Source: Chthoniobacteraceae bacterium (GTDB lineage Bacteria > Verrucomicrobiota > Verrucomicrobiia > Chthoniobacterales > Chthoniobacteraceae). Taken from it: a DNA stretch of 64,000 bases. The translations under genes and the position numbers were made by a program. How positions within the stretch are numbered: the stretch's first letter is position 1; each line of letters starts with the position of its first letter. Below are positions 1 to 9,457 of the stretch, piece after piece. The stretch spans positions 1 through 64,000 of the forward strand of contig JANNWY010000195.1 of NCBI GenBank assembly GCA_031409335.1, read 5' to 3'. The notes below the pieces were generated by a model. It saw only the letters and a program-made list of their open reading frames with translations, did not search any database and was not told the origin of the DNA.

Positions 1-734
1 GCGGCGTGCGCGCGGTTGTCGCCCTCGGCTTCGCCGTATCCGAAAAGGCAGCGCGGATTCTGCCGACGGAGCGCGGTCTGCAATTCATCGAACCCGACAC
101 GCACCAGCCCCTGCGTCTGCACGAGCAGCGCGATCGCGCGCACGCTCTGGCTGATCGTCTGGTCAGCCACGAGAAACGCCTCCTGGATTCCCGCGCGCGG
201 CGACACGACATCGCCCATCTTGTCATTCTCAAAACAGATCACGACATCCGCGTACTGCTGGAGCGACGCCAGCGCCTCCTCCGCCTGCGCGCGCCGCCGT
301 TTTCCCTCGAAAGTGAACGGCATCGTGACGAACGCGATGACCATCGCGCTCTGCGCCCGCGCATATGAAGCGATCAGCGGCGCGGAGCCGGAGCCCGTGC
401 CGCCGCCGAGTCCCGCGACGAGGAAAACCATCGTCGCACCTTCGAGCGCGCTCTTGATTTCATCCGCGCCTTCCTCCGCTGCGGCGTAGCCGACTTCAGG
501 ATCGCCGCCCGCGCCGAGGCCGCGCGTGGTATTGCGCCCGAGCTGCACTTTGGTGGAAGCGACGGAGCTGGTGAGCGCCTGCACGTCGGTGTTTAGCGCG
601 ACGAGTTCGGCGTTCTCGAATCCATCGAGAAGGATGCGATCCAGCGCGTTCGAGCCCGCGCCGCCGAGGCCGAGAATCTTGATGCGCAGGTCGGTGTCGC
701 TGGTGGTTTGCTGATGGCGGTTGATTTCAATCAT
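1..734 (-). CDS. ftsZ: Cell division protein FtsZ (5' part; runs off the window edge)
   Basis: Not in the ORF track because there is no stop in the window. Manual translation from ATG at 734 gives MIEINRHQQTTSDTDLRIKILGLGGAGSNALDRI and later the tubulin signature AGLGGGTGSG. It lies directly downstream of ftsA. Confidence 0.97.
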   Translation of the reverse strand, partial: MIEINRHQQTTSDTDLRIKILGLGGAGSNALDRILLDGFENAELVALNTDVQALTSSVASTKVQLGRNTTRGLGAGGDPEVGYAAAEEGADEIKSALEGATMVFLVAGLGGGTGSGSAPLIASYARAQSAMVIAFVTMPFTFEGKRRRAQAEEALASLQQYADVVICFENDKMGDVVSPRAGIQEAFLVADQTISQSVRAIALLVQTQGLVRVGFDELQTALRRQNPRCLFGYGEAEGDNRAHA

Positions 735-757
735 GGCGTGATGTGGTGGTGTGCGGT

Positions 758-1969
758 TTACCAAATTCCAAAGCGGTTGAAGCTGCGGCTGATCCGGCTG
801 AACCAGCCGCCGCGCGGCTCGGGGCGCATGGCCTGCGCCCATTTGATGAGGCCGATCGCGGTGGAGAATTGCGGATTTTCAAACGCGGACGTCACACCGC
901 TCACCGTCTGCGCGTGCGTGACGTGGACCGGCATTCCGAAGACTTCCTCCGCGAGATGGCTCACGCCCTGGATCTGCGAACAACCGCCCGTGAGCAGCAG
1001 CCCCGCGCCGAGAAATTCCGTGCAATGCATCGTGTCGATCTCGCGTTTGATCAGCTCGAAAGTCTCGCGCACGCGGCAGTTGATGATCGTGTTCAGCATC
1101 TCGCGCTCGATCTCTTTTCCGGCAAAGCCGGTCTCGTCGCGCAGCACCACGGTCTCGCCGGGCAGCGAGTTGCCGAGCGTCACGCTGCCTTCCTCGTGCA
1201 TGATTTTCACGGCCTTCGCCATCGGCACGCGCAGCCCGAGCGAGAGATCGTTCGCGATGTGATCGCCGCCGATCGCGAGGCAGCCGCTCTGCTTCACCGC
1301 GCCATCCACATACACGACGTATCCGGTCGTCCCGCCGCCCATGTCGATCACCAGCGCGCCGAGACTTTTCTGATTCAAATCGAGCACGACCTGCGCGGAC
1401 GCGAGCGGCGCGAAGACCACGTCCTCGACTTCAAGATCGAGTTCCTTCACGCAGCGCACCGTGTTTTTGATCCGCGTGCCGACGCCGTGGATGATGTGAA
1501 AATCCGCTTCGAGTTTGCGCCCCATCATGCCAATCGGATTCAGCACGCCGTCCTGCCCGTCCACGTAATAGTGCTGGAGGATCGAATGCAAAAAGGTGTT
1601 CGACGGCGGAATGCTGACCTCGCGCGCCGCGGACTGCACTTCCTCGTAATCGTCGTCGCAAATCTCGTCGCGATCCTCGGGGATATTGACGGAGCCGCGA
1701 TTGTTGAAGCTCTCGATGTGGCCGCCGGACACCGCGAGATACACGCTGTTGATCTGCACATCGCTCTTCTCTTCGGCATCCGCGAGCGCTTCGCGGACAC
1801 ATTTTCCGGCAGTGTCGAAATCCACGATTTCGCCTTTGCGCACGCCGCGTGACGGCGTCTGTCCGACGCCCAATATTTTGATGGTGCCATCGCGACGGCT
1901 TTCGCCAACGACAGCGCACACTTTGGATGTGCCAATTTCTAATCCTACGATGATGTCTTCTTTAGCCAT
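758..1969 (-). CDS. ftsA: Cell division protein FtsA
   Basis: Starts MAKEDIIVGLEIGTSKVCAVVGE; has IDMGGGTT, GGDHIANDL and LTGGCSQIQG motifs; lies between ftsQ and ftsZ. Start trimmed to ATG 1969. Confidence 0.97.
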   Translation of the reverse strand: MAKEDIIVGLEIGTSKVCAVVGESRRDGTIKILGVGQTPSRGVRKGEIVDFDTAGKCVREALADAEEKSDVQINSVYLAVSGGHIESFNNRGSVNIPEDRDEICDDDYEEVQSAAREVSIPPSNTFLHSILQHYYVDGQDGVLNPIGMMGRKLEADFHIIHGVGTRIKNTVRCVKELDLEVEDVVFAPLASAQVVLDLNQKSLGALVIDMGGGTTGYVVYVDGAVKQSGCLAIGGDHIANDLSLGLRVPMAKAVKIMHEEGSVTLGNSLPGETVVLRDETGFAGKEIEREMLNTIINCRVRETFELIKREIDTMHCTEFLGAGLLLTGGCSQIQGVSHLAEEVFGMPVHVTHAQTVSGVTSAFENPQFSTAIGLIKWAQAMRPEPRGGWFSRISRSFNRFGIW

Positions 1970-3059
1970 TGAGACGGAACGGTTTTTTGACTGAATCCGC
2001 GGGGCCGTTCGAGCGCTGCGGCGGGGTCGATGGTTTTGGTGGAGTGCTGACGGGAGTGGTTGTGGGAGTCGAGGTCGGTTCGGTCTTTTTCGGCGAAGTT
2101 CCCGACTTGTTTTTCGCGTCCTTGTTTTTTGCCGGGAGTAAAACCACAGGCGCGGCCTCCTCGGGCTCCGGCTCGGCAAAGACGACGGGCGTGTTGCGCT
2201 CGACGAGCAGATTCACGGCCTGAAGCTGCTTCCCGTTCGCTTCGCTGAAATCCAGATAGTGCATGAGCCGGGCGACTTGATGCTCCACGTGCTCGACGCC
2301 GAACGTGATCTTCCGCCGCGCCTGATCGGTGACGACGACGCAATAGCCTTTTGAAATGTCGAGCGCGCGCGGGTGGAAGCGCGTGTTGTCCGCGTTGACC
2401 TGAATGAGATCAAGCGCCGCCTGCATTTCATAGCTGCGCACCTTTTTCCCGAGCACGACATTCTCCATCGAGACTCCCACGATGACCGGCAGCAAAAGGT
2501 ATTCCGGCAAGCGCGTTTTGATCCGCATCGCCACTCCCCGCGAATCCACCAGAAACGATTTGTCCGACACCGAAGGATGCTCCTCCTCGGCTTTCACCGC
2601 CTTCTCCGCCAGCCATGCGATGGGGCGTCGTTCAATGATCGTCACCTCGATCCGATTCGGCAGGAAGCGCTGCAATTCCACCCGCTCGACTTGCGGCAGC
2701 GCATCCAATTTCTCCCGCGCTTTTGCCAGGTCGATGGTGAAAATATTCAGCCCGAGTTCGATCTCCGAGGTCGTCCGCACTTGCTCGTGCGTCAGCGTCC
2801 CGTCCGTATGGAGCCGCAATTCGGCGAGAAAATAGTCGGGATTTTCCCACAGAAAACGGCGCAGGCATTCCTTGCCCCCGACATACGCGCCGAGGACGAG
2901 GCCGACGATGAGCACGGTCTTGAACGCAAAGTGCAATACGGAGCGAATCCGTTTCGCCCGCGCGAAATCGCGGCGCACGCTCACTTCGAGCAAATGCTGA
3001 TGCCGCCGCTGCTGCGGTCTCGAAACGCGGTGGTTTTTGATGGAACGCTGGGACTTCAT
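1962..3059 (-). CDS. ftsQ: Cell division protein FtsQ/DivIB
   Basis: Basic N-terminus, single TM helix, POTRA-like segment (LDALPQVERVELQRFLPNRIEVTIIERRPIA), Pro/Thr/Lys-rich tail; positioned between ddl and ftsA. Confidence 0.9.
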   Translation of the reverse strand: MKSQRSIKNHRVSRPQQRRHQHLLEVSVRRDFARAKRIRSVLHFAFKTVLIVGLVLGAYVGGKECLRRFLWENPDYFLAELRLHTDGTLTHEQVRTTSEIELGLNIFTIDLAKAREKLDALPQVERVELQRFLPNRIEVTIIERRPIAWLAEKAVKAEEEHPSVSDKSFLVDSRGVAMRIKTRLPEYLLLPVIVGVSMENVVLGKKVRSYEMQAALDLIQVNADNTRFHPRALDISKGYCVVVTDQARRKITFGVEHVEHQVARLMHYLDFSEANGKQLQAVNLLVERNTPVVFAEPEPEEAAPVVLLPAKNKDAKNKSGTSPKKTEPTSTPTTTPVSTPPKPSTPPQRSNGPADSVKKPFRLNG

Positions 3060-3982
3060 CGGGCGGAGGGGCGGTTGAGCGAAAGTTCGACGATGCGCGC
3101 GCAAAGCTGCTCATAGCTTTGCCCCGCCGCAGCCGCGGCCTCGGGCAGCAGACTCGCCGAGGTCATGCCGGGAATGGTATTGATTTCGAGGACCATTGGC
3201 TCGCCCGATTCCGTCAGCAGGAAATCGACGCGCGAATAGACTTCGAGATCGAGCGCGCGATGCGCCGCGAGCGCGGTGCGTTGCACGAGCTGCGTCGCCG
3301 CGTCGCCGATCTGCGCGGGACAATAATGATCCGCTCCCGCCGCGTTCGGATTCAAAAACGGGTATTTGTTTTCAAAGTTGTAGAAGTCCTTCCGCGCCAC
3401 GATCTCGATGACCGGCAGCGCCACTTCCCCCACGATCCCGACCGTCAGTTCGCGCCCTTCGACGAATTGTTCGACGAGCAATTCCGCTGCAAATTTTCGC
3501 GCCTCCGCGAGCGCCGACTCGAGCTCGCCCGCGGTCCGCACGATATAGACCCCGACGCTCGATCCCTCGCGCGGCGCCTTCACGACGAATGGCCGCGCCA
3601 GCGTCGGCTGCGCGCCCGGCGCGAGAATCTCAAACGCGGGCGTTGGCACGCCACGCTCCACGAAGCGCCGCTTGCTTGCGATTTTGTCGATCGCGAGTTC
3701 GCTCCCGGCGACACCTTCGCCCGTGTATTTCACGCCGCGCGATTCGAGGATTCGCTGCACCTGCCCGTCTTCGCCGAAGGTGCCGTGAAGAGCGTTGAAC
3801 GCGAGTTCGACTCCGGCAGGCAAAACGAAATTCCCGTCAATCACATCGACCTCCGTCACGTCGGCGCCGAGCTTCCGCAGCGCTTGGGCCACGCCAGCCC
3901 CGGTCGCGAGCGAAACCTTTCGCTCCGAGCCGGGTCCGCCCATGAGGACGGCGATTTTCATGTTGGTAAAGTTGAGACTCAT
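3056..3982 (-). CDS. ddl: D-alanine--D-alanine ligase
   Basis: KIAVLMGGPGSERKVSL, LHGTFGEDG, EGSSVG and EINTIPGMT motifs. The omega loop FYNFENKY keeps the Tyr typical of D-Ala-D-Ala ligases. Confidence 0.97.
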   Translation of the reverse strand: MSLNFTNMKIAVLMGGPGSERKVSLATGAGVAQALRKLGADVTEVDVIDGNFVLPAGVELAFNALHGTFGEDGQVQRILESRGVKYTGEGVAGSELAIDKIASKRRFVERGVPTPAFEILAPGAQPTLARPFVVKAPREGSSVGVYIVRTAGELESALAEARKFAAELLVEQFVEGRELTVGIVGEVALPVIEIVARKDFYNFENKYPFLNPNAAGADHYCPAQIGDAATQLVQRTALAAHRALDLEVYSRVDFLLTESGEPMVLEINTIPGMTSASLLPEAAAAAGQSYEQLCARIVELSLNRPSAR

Positions 3983-4020
3983 GGGATGCGGATTCTTGCG
4001 GCGAAGGTGCCTGCGGCGCT

Positions 4021-4122
<102 letters not shown>

Positions 4123-4129
4123 CCTTTTC

Positions 4130-6430
4130 CTATTCATGGATTCCTTTCTCCTCCCCAACGATTTGCACTTCCGTTTCCAGCGCGATCCCCCGCTCCTTCT
4201 GCGCAGCGGCTTTCACGCGCTCGATCAGCGCCAGCACGTCCGCCGCCGTCGCCTTCTCATCGTTCACGATAAAATTCCCGTGAATCTCCGAGACCTTCGC
4301 ACCGCCAATGCGCGCGCCTTTGAGGCCGAGTTCATCGACCAGTTTTCCCGCGGGCACGGTTGCCGGGTTTTTGAAAATGCAGCCCGCGCTGGATTCGCGC
4401 GGTTGTGAAGTCCGGCGCTTTTGCACCGACTCTTCCAGCAGCTTCTCGATCGACTCCGGTGTACCGGGTTCGCCTTTGAAAGTCGCGGACACCGCGTGAT
4501 TTTTTTCCAGCGTCCCGCAGTGCCGGTAGCGCACATCCATCTCGGCGGGCGTCTTCATGTGAAAGTCGCCGTTCGCGTCGATGTAGCGCACGCTCACCAC
4601 CTGCCGGAAGGTCTCGCCGCCCATCGCGCCCGCGTTCATCCGCAGCGCACCGCCAACGCTTCCGGGGATTCCCTCGAACCACTCGAATCCGCCGATCCCC
4701 GCGTCGCGCGCCGCATACGCGAGTTCCTTCTGCTTCACGCCCACGCCCGCGGTGATTCGTCCATCGCGCACTTCGATCTTCTGAAATTCACCGCGCCGCA
4801 AATGCGCGACCACACCGCGAATGCCACCGTCGCGCACCAGCAGATTCGAGCCGCGCCCGATCACAAAAAGCGGCACGCCGCGCCCAGTCGCAAACTTCAC
4901 CAGGTTCGCAAAACCTTCCTCCGTTTCCGGCTCCGCCCAAAACTGCGCCGGCCCGCCAACCCGCATCGTTGTGTGCTTTGCGAGCGGTTCATAAAGTTTG
5001 ATCACGCCCGCGCCCATCGCGGTTTGCAATTCATCCAGCAGCGCCGCGTCCTTCGCCAGCAGACTCGCCGCTTCGTGAATGTTTCCCGCACCGAGGCTGA
5101 TGACGCAATCGCCCGGCTCCAGCATCCGCCCGATTTCCTGCGCGAGTTTTTTCCGATCCGGTTGAAAGCTCACGGCATCGTGTCCTTCGCGGATCATCTC
5201 ATCCACGATGGTCTGTCCACTGACTCCGGGAATCGGCGTCTCGCTCGCCGGATACACGTCCGCGATGATCGCCACATCCGCGTCGTGAAACGCGCGGCCG
5301 AACTCCGCCTTCAGTTTCAGCGTTCGCGAAAAACGATGCGGCTGAAACATGCAAAGCACGCGCTTGCGCCCCGTATTCCGCGCAGTCGCAAGCGTCGCCT
5401 TCACCTCGCTGGGGTGATGCCCGTAGTCATCGACGATCATGTAACGCTCGCTGCGATACTTGATTTCAAACCGCCGCCGCGCGCCGCGAAACGTCTCGAG
5501 TGCCGCGGAGATTTTTGCGAACGGCACACCGAGTTCCGTCGCGAGCGCGATGACTCCGACGGCGTTGCTGACGTTGTGGCGGCCCGGCACATTCAACGTG
5601 ATCGCGCCGAGCGGCTCGCCGCCGCGCAGCACGCGGAAATGCGACTGAAAATCCTTCGGGTGGACATCGTCGAAGCGGTAAAAGGCGTGGTGCGATTCGC
5701 CGTAGGAAATCGCTCCGGGATGCACCGCGCAGAGCCGCGCTGCGTTCGCGTCATCCGCGCAGTAAAAGACGTTCCCGCTCGTCTGACTGAGCAGTTGTTT
5801 GAAGACCACCTCAATGGCGGCGAGGTCGTCGTAGTAGTCGAGATGCTCCTCCTCGATGTTCAGCACGATCGCGTGCCGCGGGTGATACAGCGCGAGCGTG
5901 CCGTCGCTCTCGTCGCCCTCGACGACGAAATGTTCGCCCGCCGAATCCCAGTTCGCATTCGTCCCCAAAATCGGAATCTCCGCGCCGACATAATGCGAAG
6001 GATGCAAATTGCCCGCCTTCAAAACATGCGCGGCCATCGAGGAAGTCGTCGTCTTCCCGTGCATCCCACAGATCACGATTCCTTTCTTCGCGTGCATGAT
6101 CGCCGCGAGCGCCTCGGCGCGACGCACCATGTTGCGCTTCGTCCGCACGGCTTCGTCGTACTCCACATTTCCAGGCCGGATCGCGGAAGAAAAGACGACG
6201 AGGTCCGCTTCGGAAAGATTCGCGGCATCCTGGCCGAGATGAAATTGCAGGCCGCATTTTTCCAGCCGCTCGATCTCGACCGTGCGCACTTTGTCCGAGC
6301 CGCTCACGCGGTGCCCGAGCGCCATCAAGAGACCCGCGATGCCGCTCATTCCCGAGCCAGCGACGCCGATCAGGTGAATCTTCAATTCACCGCCAATGAT
6401 GATCTCCGCAAGGATTTGGCCGGTATCCAT
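4130..6430 (-). CDS. murC: Fused UDP-N-acetylmuramate--L-alanine ligase (MurC) / UDP-N-acetylenolpyruvoylglucosamine reductase (MurB), 766 aa
   Basis: The N-part has HLIGVAGSGMSG, GMHGKTTT, EGDESDG, DDYGHHP and FQPHRFSR (MurC). The C-part has HTTMRVGGPA, GRGSNLL, GIPGSVGGALRMNAGA, SAGCIFKNP and HGNFIVN (MurB). It is one uninterrupted frame, and the start overlaps the murG stop (TAATG). Confidence 0.96.
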   Translation of the reverse strand: MDTGQILAEIIIGGELKIHLIGVAGSGMSGIAGLLMALGHRVSGSDKVRTVEIERLEKCGLQFHLGQDAANLSEADLVVFSSAIRPGNVEYDEAVRTKRNMVRRAEALAAIMHAKKGIVICGMHGKTTTSSMAAHVLKAGNLHPSHYVGAEIPILGTNANWDSAGEHFVVEGDESDGTLALYHPRHAIVLNIEEEHLDYYDDLAAIEVVFKQLLSQTSGNVFYCADDANAARLCAVHPGAISYGESHHAFYRFDDVHPKDFQSHFRVLRGGEPLGAITLNVPGRHNVSNAVGVIALATELGVPFAKISAALETFRGARRRFEIKYRSERYMIVDDYGHHPSEVKATLATARNTGRKRVLCMFQPHRFSRTLKLKAEFGRAFHDADVAIIADVYPASETPIPGVSGQTIVDEMIREGHDAVSFQPDRKKLAQEIGRMLEPGDCVISLGAGNIHEAASLLAKDAALLDELQTAMGAGVIKLYEPLAKHTTMRVGGPAQFWAEPETEEGFANLVKFATGRGVPLFVIGRGSNLLVRDGGIRGVVAHLRRGEFQKIEVRDGRITAGVGVKQKELAYAARDAGIGGFEWFEGIPGSVGGALRMNAGAMGGETFRQVVSVRYIDANGDFHMKTPAEMDVRYRHCGTLEKNHAVSATFKGEPGTPESIEKLLEESVQKRRTSQPRESSAGCIFKNPATVPAGKLVDELGLKGARIGGAKVSEIHGNFIVNDEKATAADVLALIERVKAAAQKERGIALETEVQIVGEEKGIHE

Positions 6431-7530
6431 TACGTCGGGCGTTGAGGGTTGCACACTTTCAGCACGACATCCGCCACGCGCTCCGCCGCATCCTTCGGCG
6501 CGAGCGCCGCGCACTTGGCAGACATTTCGGAAAGATACGCAGGCTCGGCGGTGAAGCGGATGATCTGCTGCGCCAGCGTTTGCCCCGAGATCGCGCCTTG
6601 CGGCATCAGCACCGCCGCACCCGCACGCTCGAAGATGCGCGCATTCAAAGTCTGGTGATCCTCCGCAGCGGACGGATACGGAATGAGGATCGAAGGCAGC
6701 GCGAAGTGCGAGAGTTCCGTGAGGCTGGCCGCGCCGCTGCGGGCGATGCAAAAATCCGCAGCAGCGTATGCGGTTTCCATCCGGTGCCAGAAAGGTGCGA
6801 CGAACGCGGGCACGCCGGACTGCGCGTATTTTTCGCGCACGGTCTGCTCGTCGTCGCGTCCAGTGAGATGGATGATTTGGAGCGGCGCCTCGCGCAATCG
6901 CGGCAGCGCATCGACGACCGCGTTATTGATCCCGCGCGCACCCTGGCTGCCACCCATCACGAGCATCGTGCGGCGGTCGGGGGAAAGCCCAAACGTCGCG
7001 AGCGCCTCGGCTTTCGGAATGCGCTCCATCAGCGTGCGGCGAATCGGCGTGCCGGTGACATCGCATTTTCCCGGTGCGAAATATTTCGCGCATTCCGCAA
7101 AGCCAAGCAGCACGCGCGAAACGAGCCGCGCGTTCAGTTTGTTGGCCTTGCCGGGGATGGCGTTCGATTCGTGGACAAAAGTGGGAATCTTGCGCAACCG
7201 GCCTGCGAGAATCGGCGCGGTCGAAGTGAAGCCGCCCATGCCGAGCACCGCTGCCGGGATGAACTGCCGGAACAGCGCCTTCACTTGATTCAACCCCGCG
7301 CGGAACTGCGACCAGAACCGCAGCAGCGCGAGCGGCGATTTCCCATCGAGCCCGACGCCGCGCACTTTCTCGATGCGAAAATCTGAGCGTCCCTGCGTCG
7401 CGAGCGCGTCGATTTCCTTCTCTGAAATCAGCAGCATCACGGCATGGCCGCGCGCGAGCAGCACTTCGCCCACGGCGATTCCTGGAAACAAATGTCCGCC
7501 GGTTCCGCCGGCTGCGATGACGAAGTTCAT
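6430..7530 (-). CDS. murG: MurG, lipid I N-acetylglucosaminyltransferase
   Basis: AAGGTGGHLFPG, HESNAIPGKAN, GGSQGA, RSGAAS and DHQTLNA motifs. Confidence 0.97.
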   Translation of the reverse strand: MNFVIAAGGTGGHLFPGIAVGEVLLARGHAVMLLISEKEIDALATQGRSDFRIEKVRGVGLDGKSPLALLRFWSQFRAGLNQVKALFRQFIPAAVLGMGGFTSTAPILAGRLRKIPTFVHESNAIPGKANKLNARLVSRVLLGFAECAKYFAPGKCDVTGTPIRRTLMERIPKAEALATFGLSPDRRTMLVMGGSQGARGINNAVVDALPRLREAPLQIIHLTGRDDEQTVREKYAQSGVPAFVAPFWHRMETAYAAADFCIARSGAASLTELSHFALPSILIPYPSAAEDHQTLNARIFERAGAAVLMPQGAISGQTLAQQIIRFTAEPAYLSEMSAKCAALAPKDAAERVADVVLKVCNPQRPT

Positions 7531-7531
7531 G

Positions 7532-8686
7532 TCAGATGCGCACATGGCGTTTGCGGGTTTTCACCTCGAGCTTTGTGGACCCGCGGTTGTATTCCTTCTC
7601 ACTCAACCCGCGGCGATAGATGTTGATCAGGATGCCCGTGCAAAGCAGGCAGAGCACGAGGTTCGATCCGCCGTAGCTGATGAACGGCAGCGGCATTCCC
7701 TTGTTTGGCAAAAGCGCGGTGGTCATTCCGATATTCACCATCGCCTGGAGCGCGATGAGCAGCACCACGCCGAAGCCGAGCAGCATTCCAAAACGATCCC
7801 GCGCGCGCAGCGAAATCATCGCGCCGCAGACGACGATGACGACATAGCAAAACACGACGAGCAGCGTGAAGCGCAGGCCAAGTTCCTCGCCGATCATCGG
7901 GAAAATGAAGTCCGTGTGCGCGAATGGAAGGTAGGCCATTTTTTGCCGCCCCATGCCGAGCCCGAGCCCATCGACTCCGCCGGACCCGAATGCGATCAAC
8001 GCCTGATATTGCTGAAGTCCCGCGCCTTCCTTGAACTCCTCCAGATTTCGGAACGCCAGAATCCGATGCAGCCGCTCGGGCATTTGATGCGCCACGTAAA
8101 GCATCAGCCCGATGCCGGCGGCGAAGAGCGGAACGATGAAGGAGACGCGACTCCCGGCGATGAACATGACGCCGAGCGCCGCCGCTCCGATCAGCGCGGT
8201 GCTGCCCATGTCCACTTCAAACGCGATGAGCGCCATGATGCCTGCGGCAATGCCCATCGGCGCGAGAAATCCGCGGACGAATTCCTTGGGTTCGCAGTCC
8301 TTCTGCGTGAACCAGCGCGCGATCACCACGATGACGGCAAGCTTTGCCATCTCCGATGGTTGGAACGATGAAAATCCGAGGTTCAGCCAGCGCCATGCGC
8401 CGTTGATCTTCTGCCCGATCGGCGGGATGAAACACAGCACCAGCAGCGCGGCCGCCACGCCATACAGCGGCCACGCGATCCGCCGCCAGTGCAGGTAATC
8501 CGTCTTTGCCGCGATCGCGCAGATGAAAAGTCCGATGCACAGCCACGCCGTCTGGCGCTTGATGAAAAAGTCGGCACCCTGGCCTTTGTCATTCACAAAA
8601 GCACTCGTGCTGAACAGCATCACGCAGCCGATCACGATCAAGATCGTGATGGCGAACAGGAGGCCATAAATGCTTTTGCGATGCAC
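7532..8686 (-). CDS. ftsW: SEDS peptidoglycan glycosyltransferase FtsW
   Basis: Multi-TM protein with NGAWRW, FQPSEMAK, YLPFAHTDFIF, GEELG and LPFISYGGS; upstream of murG; GTG start. Confidence 0.96.
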   Translation of the reverse strand: MHRKSIYGLLFAITILIVIGCVMLFSTSAFVNDKGQGADFFIKRQTAWLCIGLFICAIAAKTDYLHWRRIAWPLYGVAAALLVLCFIPPIGQKINGAWRWLNLGFSSFQPSEMAKLAVIVVIARWFTQKDCEPKEFVRGFLAPMGIAAGIMALIAFEVDMGSTALIGAAALGVMFIAGSRVSFIVPLFAAGIGLMLYVAHQMPERLHRILAFRNLEEFKEGAGLQQYQALIAFGSGGVDGLGLGMGRQKMAYLPFAHTDFIFPMIGEELGLRFTLLVVFCYVVIVVCGAMISLRARDRFGMLLGFGVVLLIALQAMVNIGMTTALLPNKGMPLPFISYGGSNLVLCLLCTGILINIYRRGLSEKEYNRGSTKLEVKTRKRHVRI

Positions 8687-8701
8687 GCGGGCGGGCGGGT
8701 T

Positions 8702-9457
8702 TTAGTTTTTCTTCGCGGGAATTTTCAACGTTTGCCCGAGCTTCATTTTCTTCGGGTCGTCGATCTTGTTGAGCTTCATCAGCTCGTCGGAATTCATTCC
8801 GAATTTCTTCGCGATGGACGTGGGCGTATCACCTTTCGCGACGGTATAGCTGCGCGTCGCGGAATTCGCCGTCGCGGAAACGGTCGGCGTGCTCTCACCC
8901 TTGCTGGCGAGGAACGCGGCCTTCTTGGAATCCTGCACGATTGCCGGTGCGGCTGGCTTTGGCGCGGGCTTCGCCGGCGGGATGGTGAGCACTTGATTTG
9001 GTTTTAAGATCGCGCCGATCTTGATGCCGTTGGCTTCCTCCAAATCGGATACCGCGACGCCATGCACCGCGGCGATCTTCGTCAGCGTGTCCCCGGTCTG
9101 GACGTGATACGCATTCGTCTTTGAAACCGGCGCGGACGCGGTCTTCGCAGCGGGCGTTTCCGGCTTGGGCGCGTTTGGCTTCGGTGCGAGCGGCGTTCCG
9201 AGCGCTGGCACCGCTGCCGCGCCGGTCGGCGAACCAGTCGGCGTGCGCGATGCGCGCAGGCTGTTGAAGGCGTAAATGCCGCCGACTGCGACGACGTGAA
9301 GCACGAGCACGACGATAAAGGCACTCGAAAGATTCGTCTTCGGTTCCTCATCGTAGTAGCCGTCCGACGCGGGTGCGCGGCGGCTGGCGGTCGTGGCCTG
9401 CAGCTTTTTCGGTCTGCCGGCGAACAAGGTGAACTTGGGTAGTTTTAGCTTTTTCAT
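8702..9457 (-). CDS. Membrane-anchored protein with two LysM domains (251 aa)
   Basis: True start MKKLKLPKF overlaps the murD stop (ATGA). It has one TM helix (AFIVVLVLHVVAVGGIYAF), a Pro/Ala linker, LysM1 (YHVQTGDTLTKIA...QVLTIP) and LysM2 (YTVAKGDTPTSIAKKFG...GQTLKIP). Confidence 0.93.
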   Translation of the reverse strand: MKKLKLPKFTLFAGRPKKLQATTASRRAPASDGYYDEEPKTNLSSAFIVVLVLHVVAVGGIYAFNSLRASRTPTGSPTGAAAVPALGTPLAPKPNAPKPETPAAKTASAPVSKTNAYHVQTGDTLTKIAAVHGVAVSDLEEANGIKIGAILKPNQVLTIPPAKPAPKPAAPAIVQDSKKAAFLASKGESTPTVSATANSATRSYTVAKGDTPTSIAKKFGMNSDELMKLNKIDDPKKMKLGQTLKIPAKKN

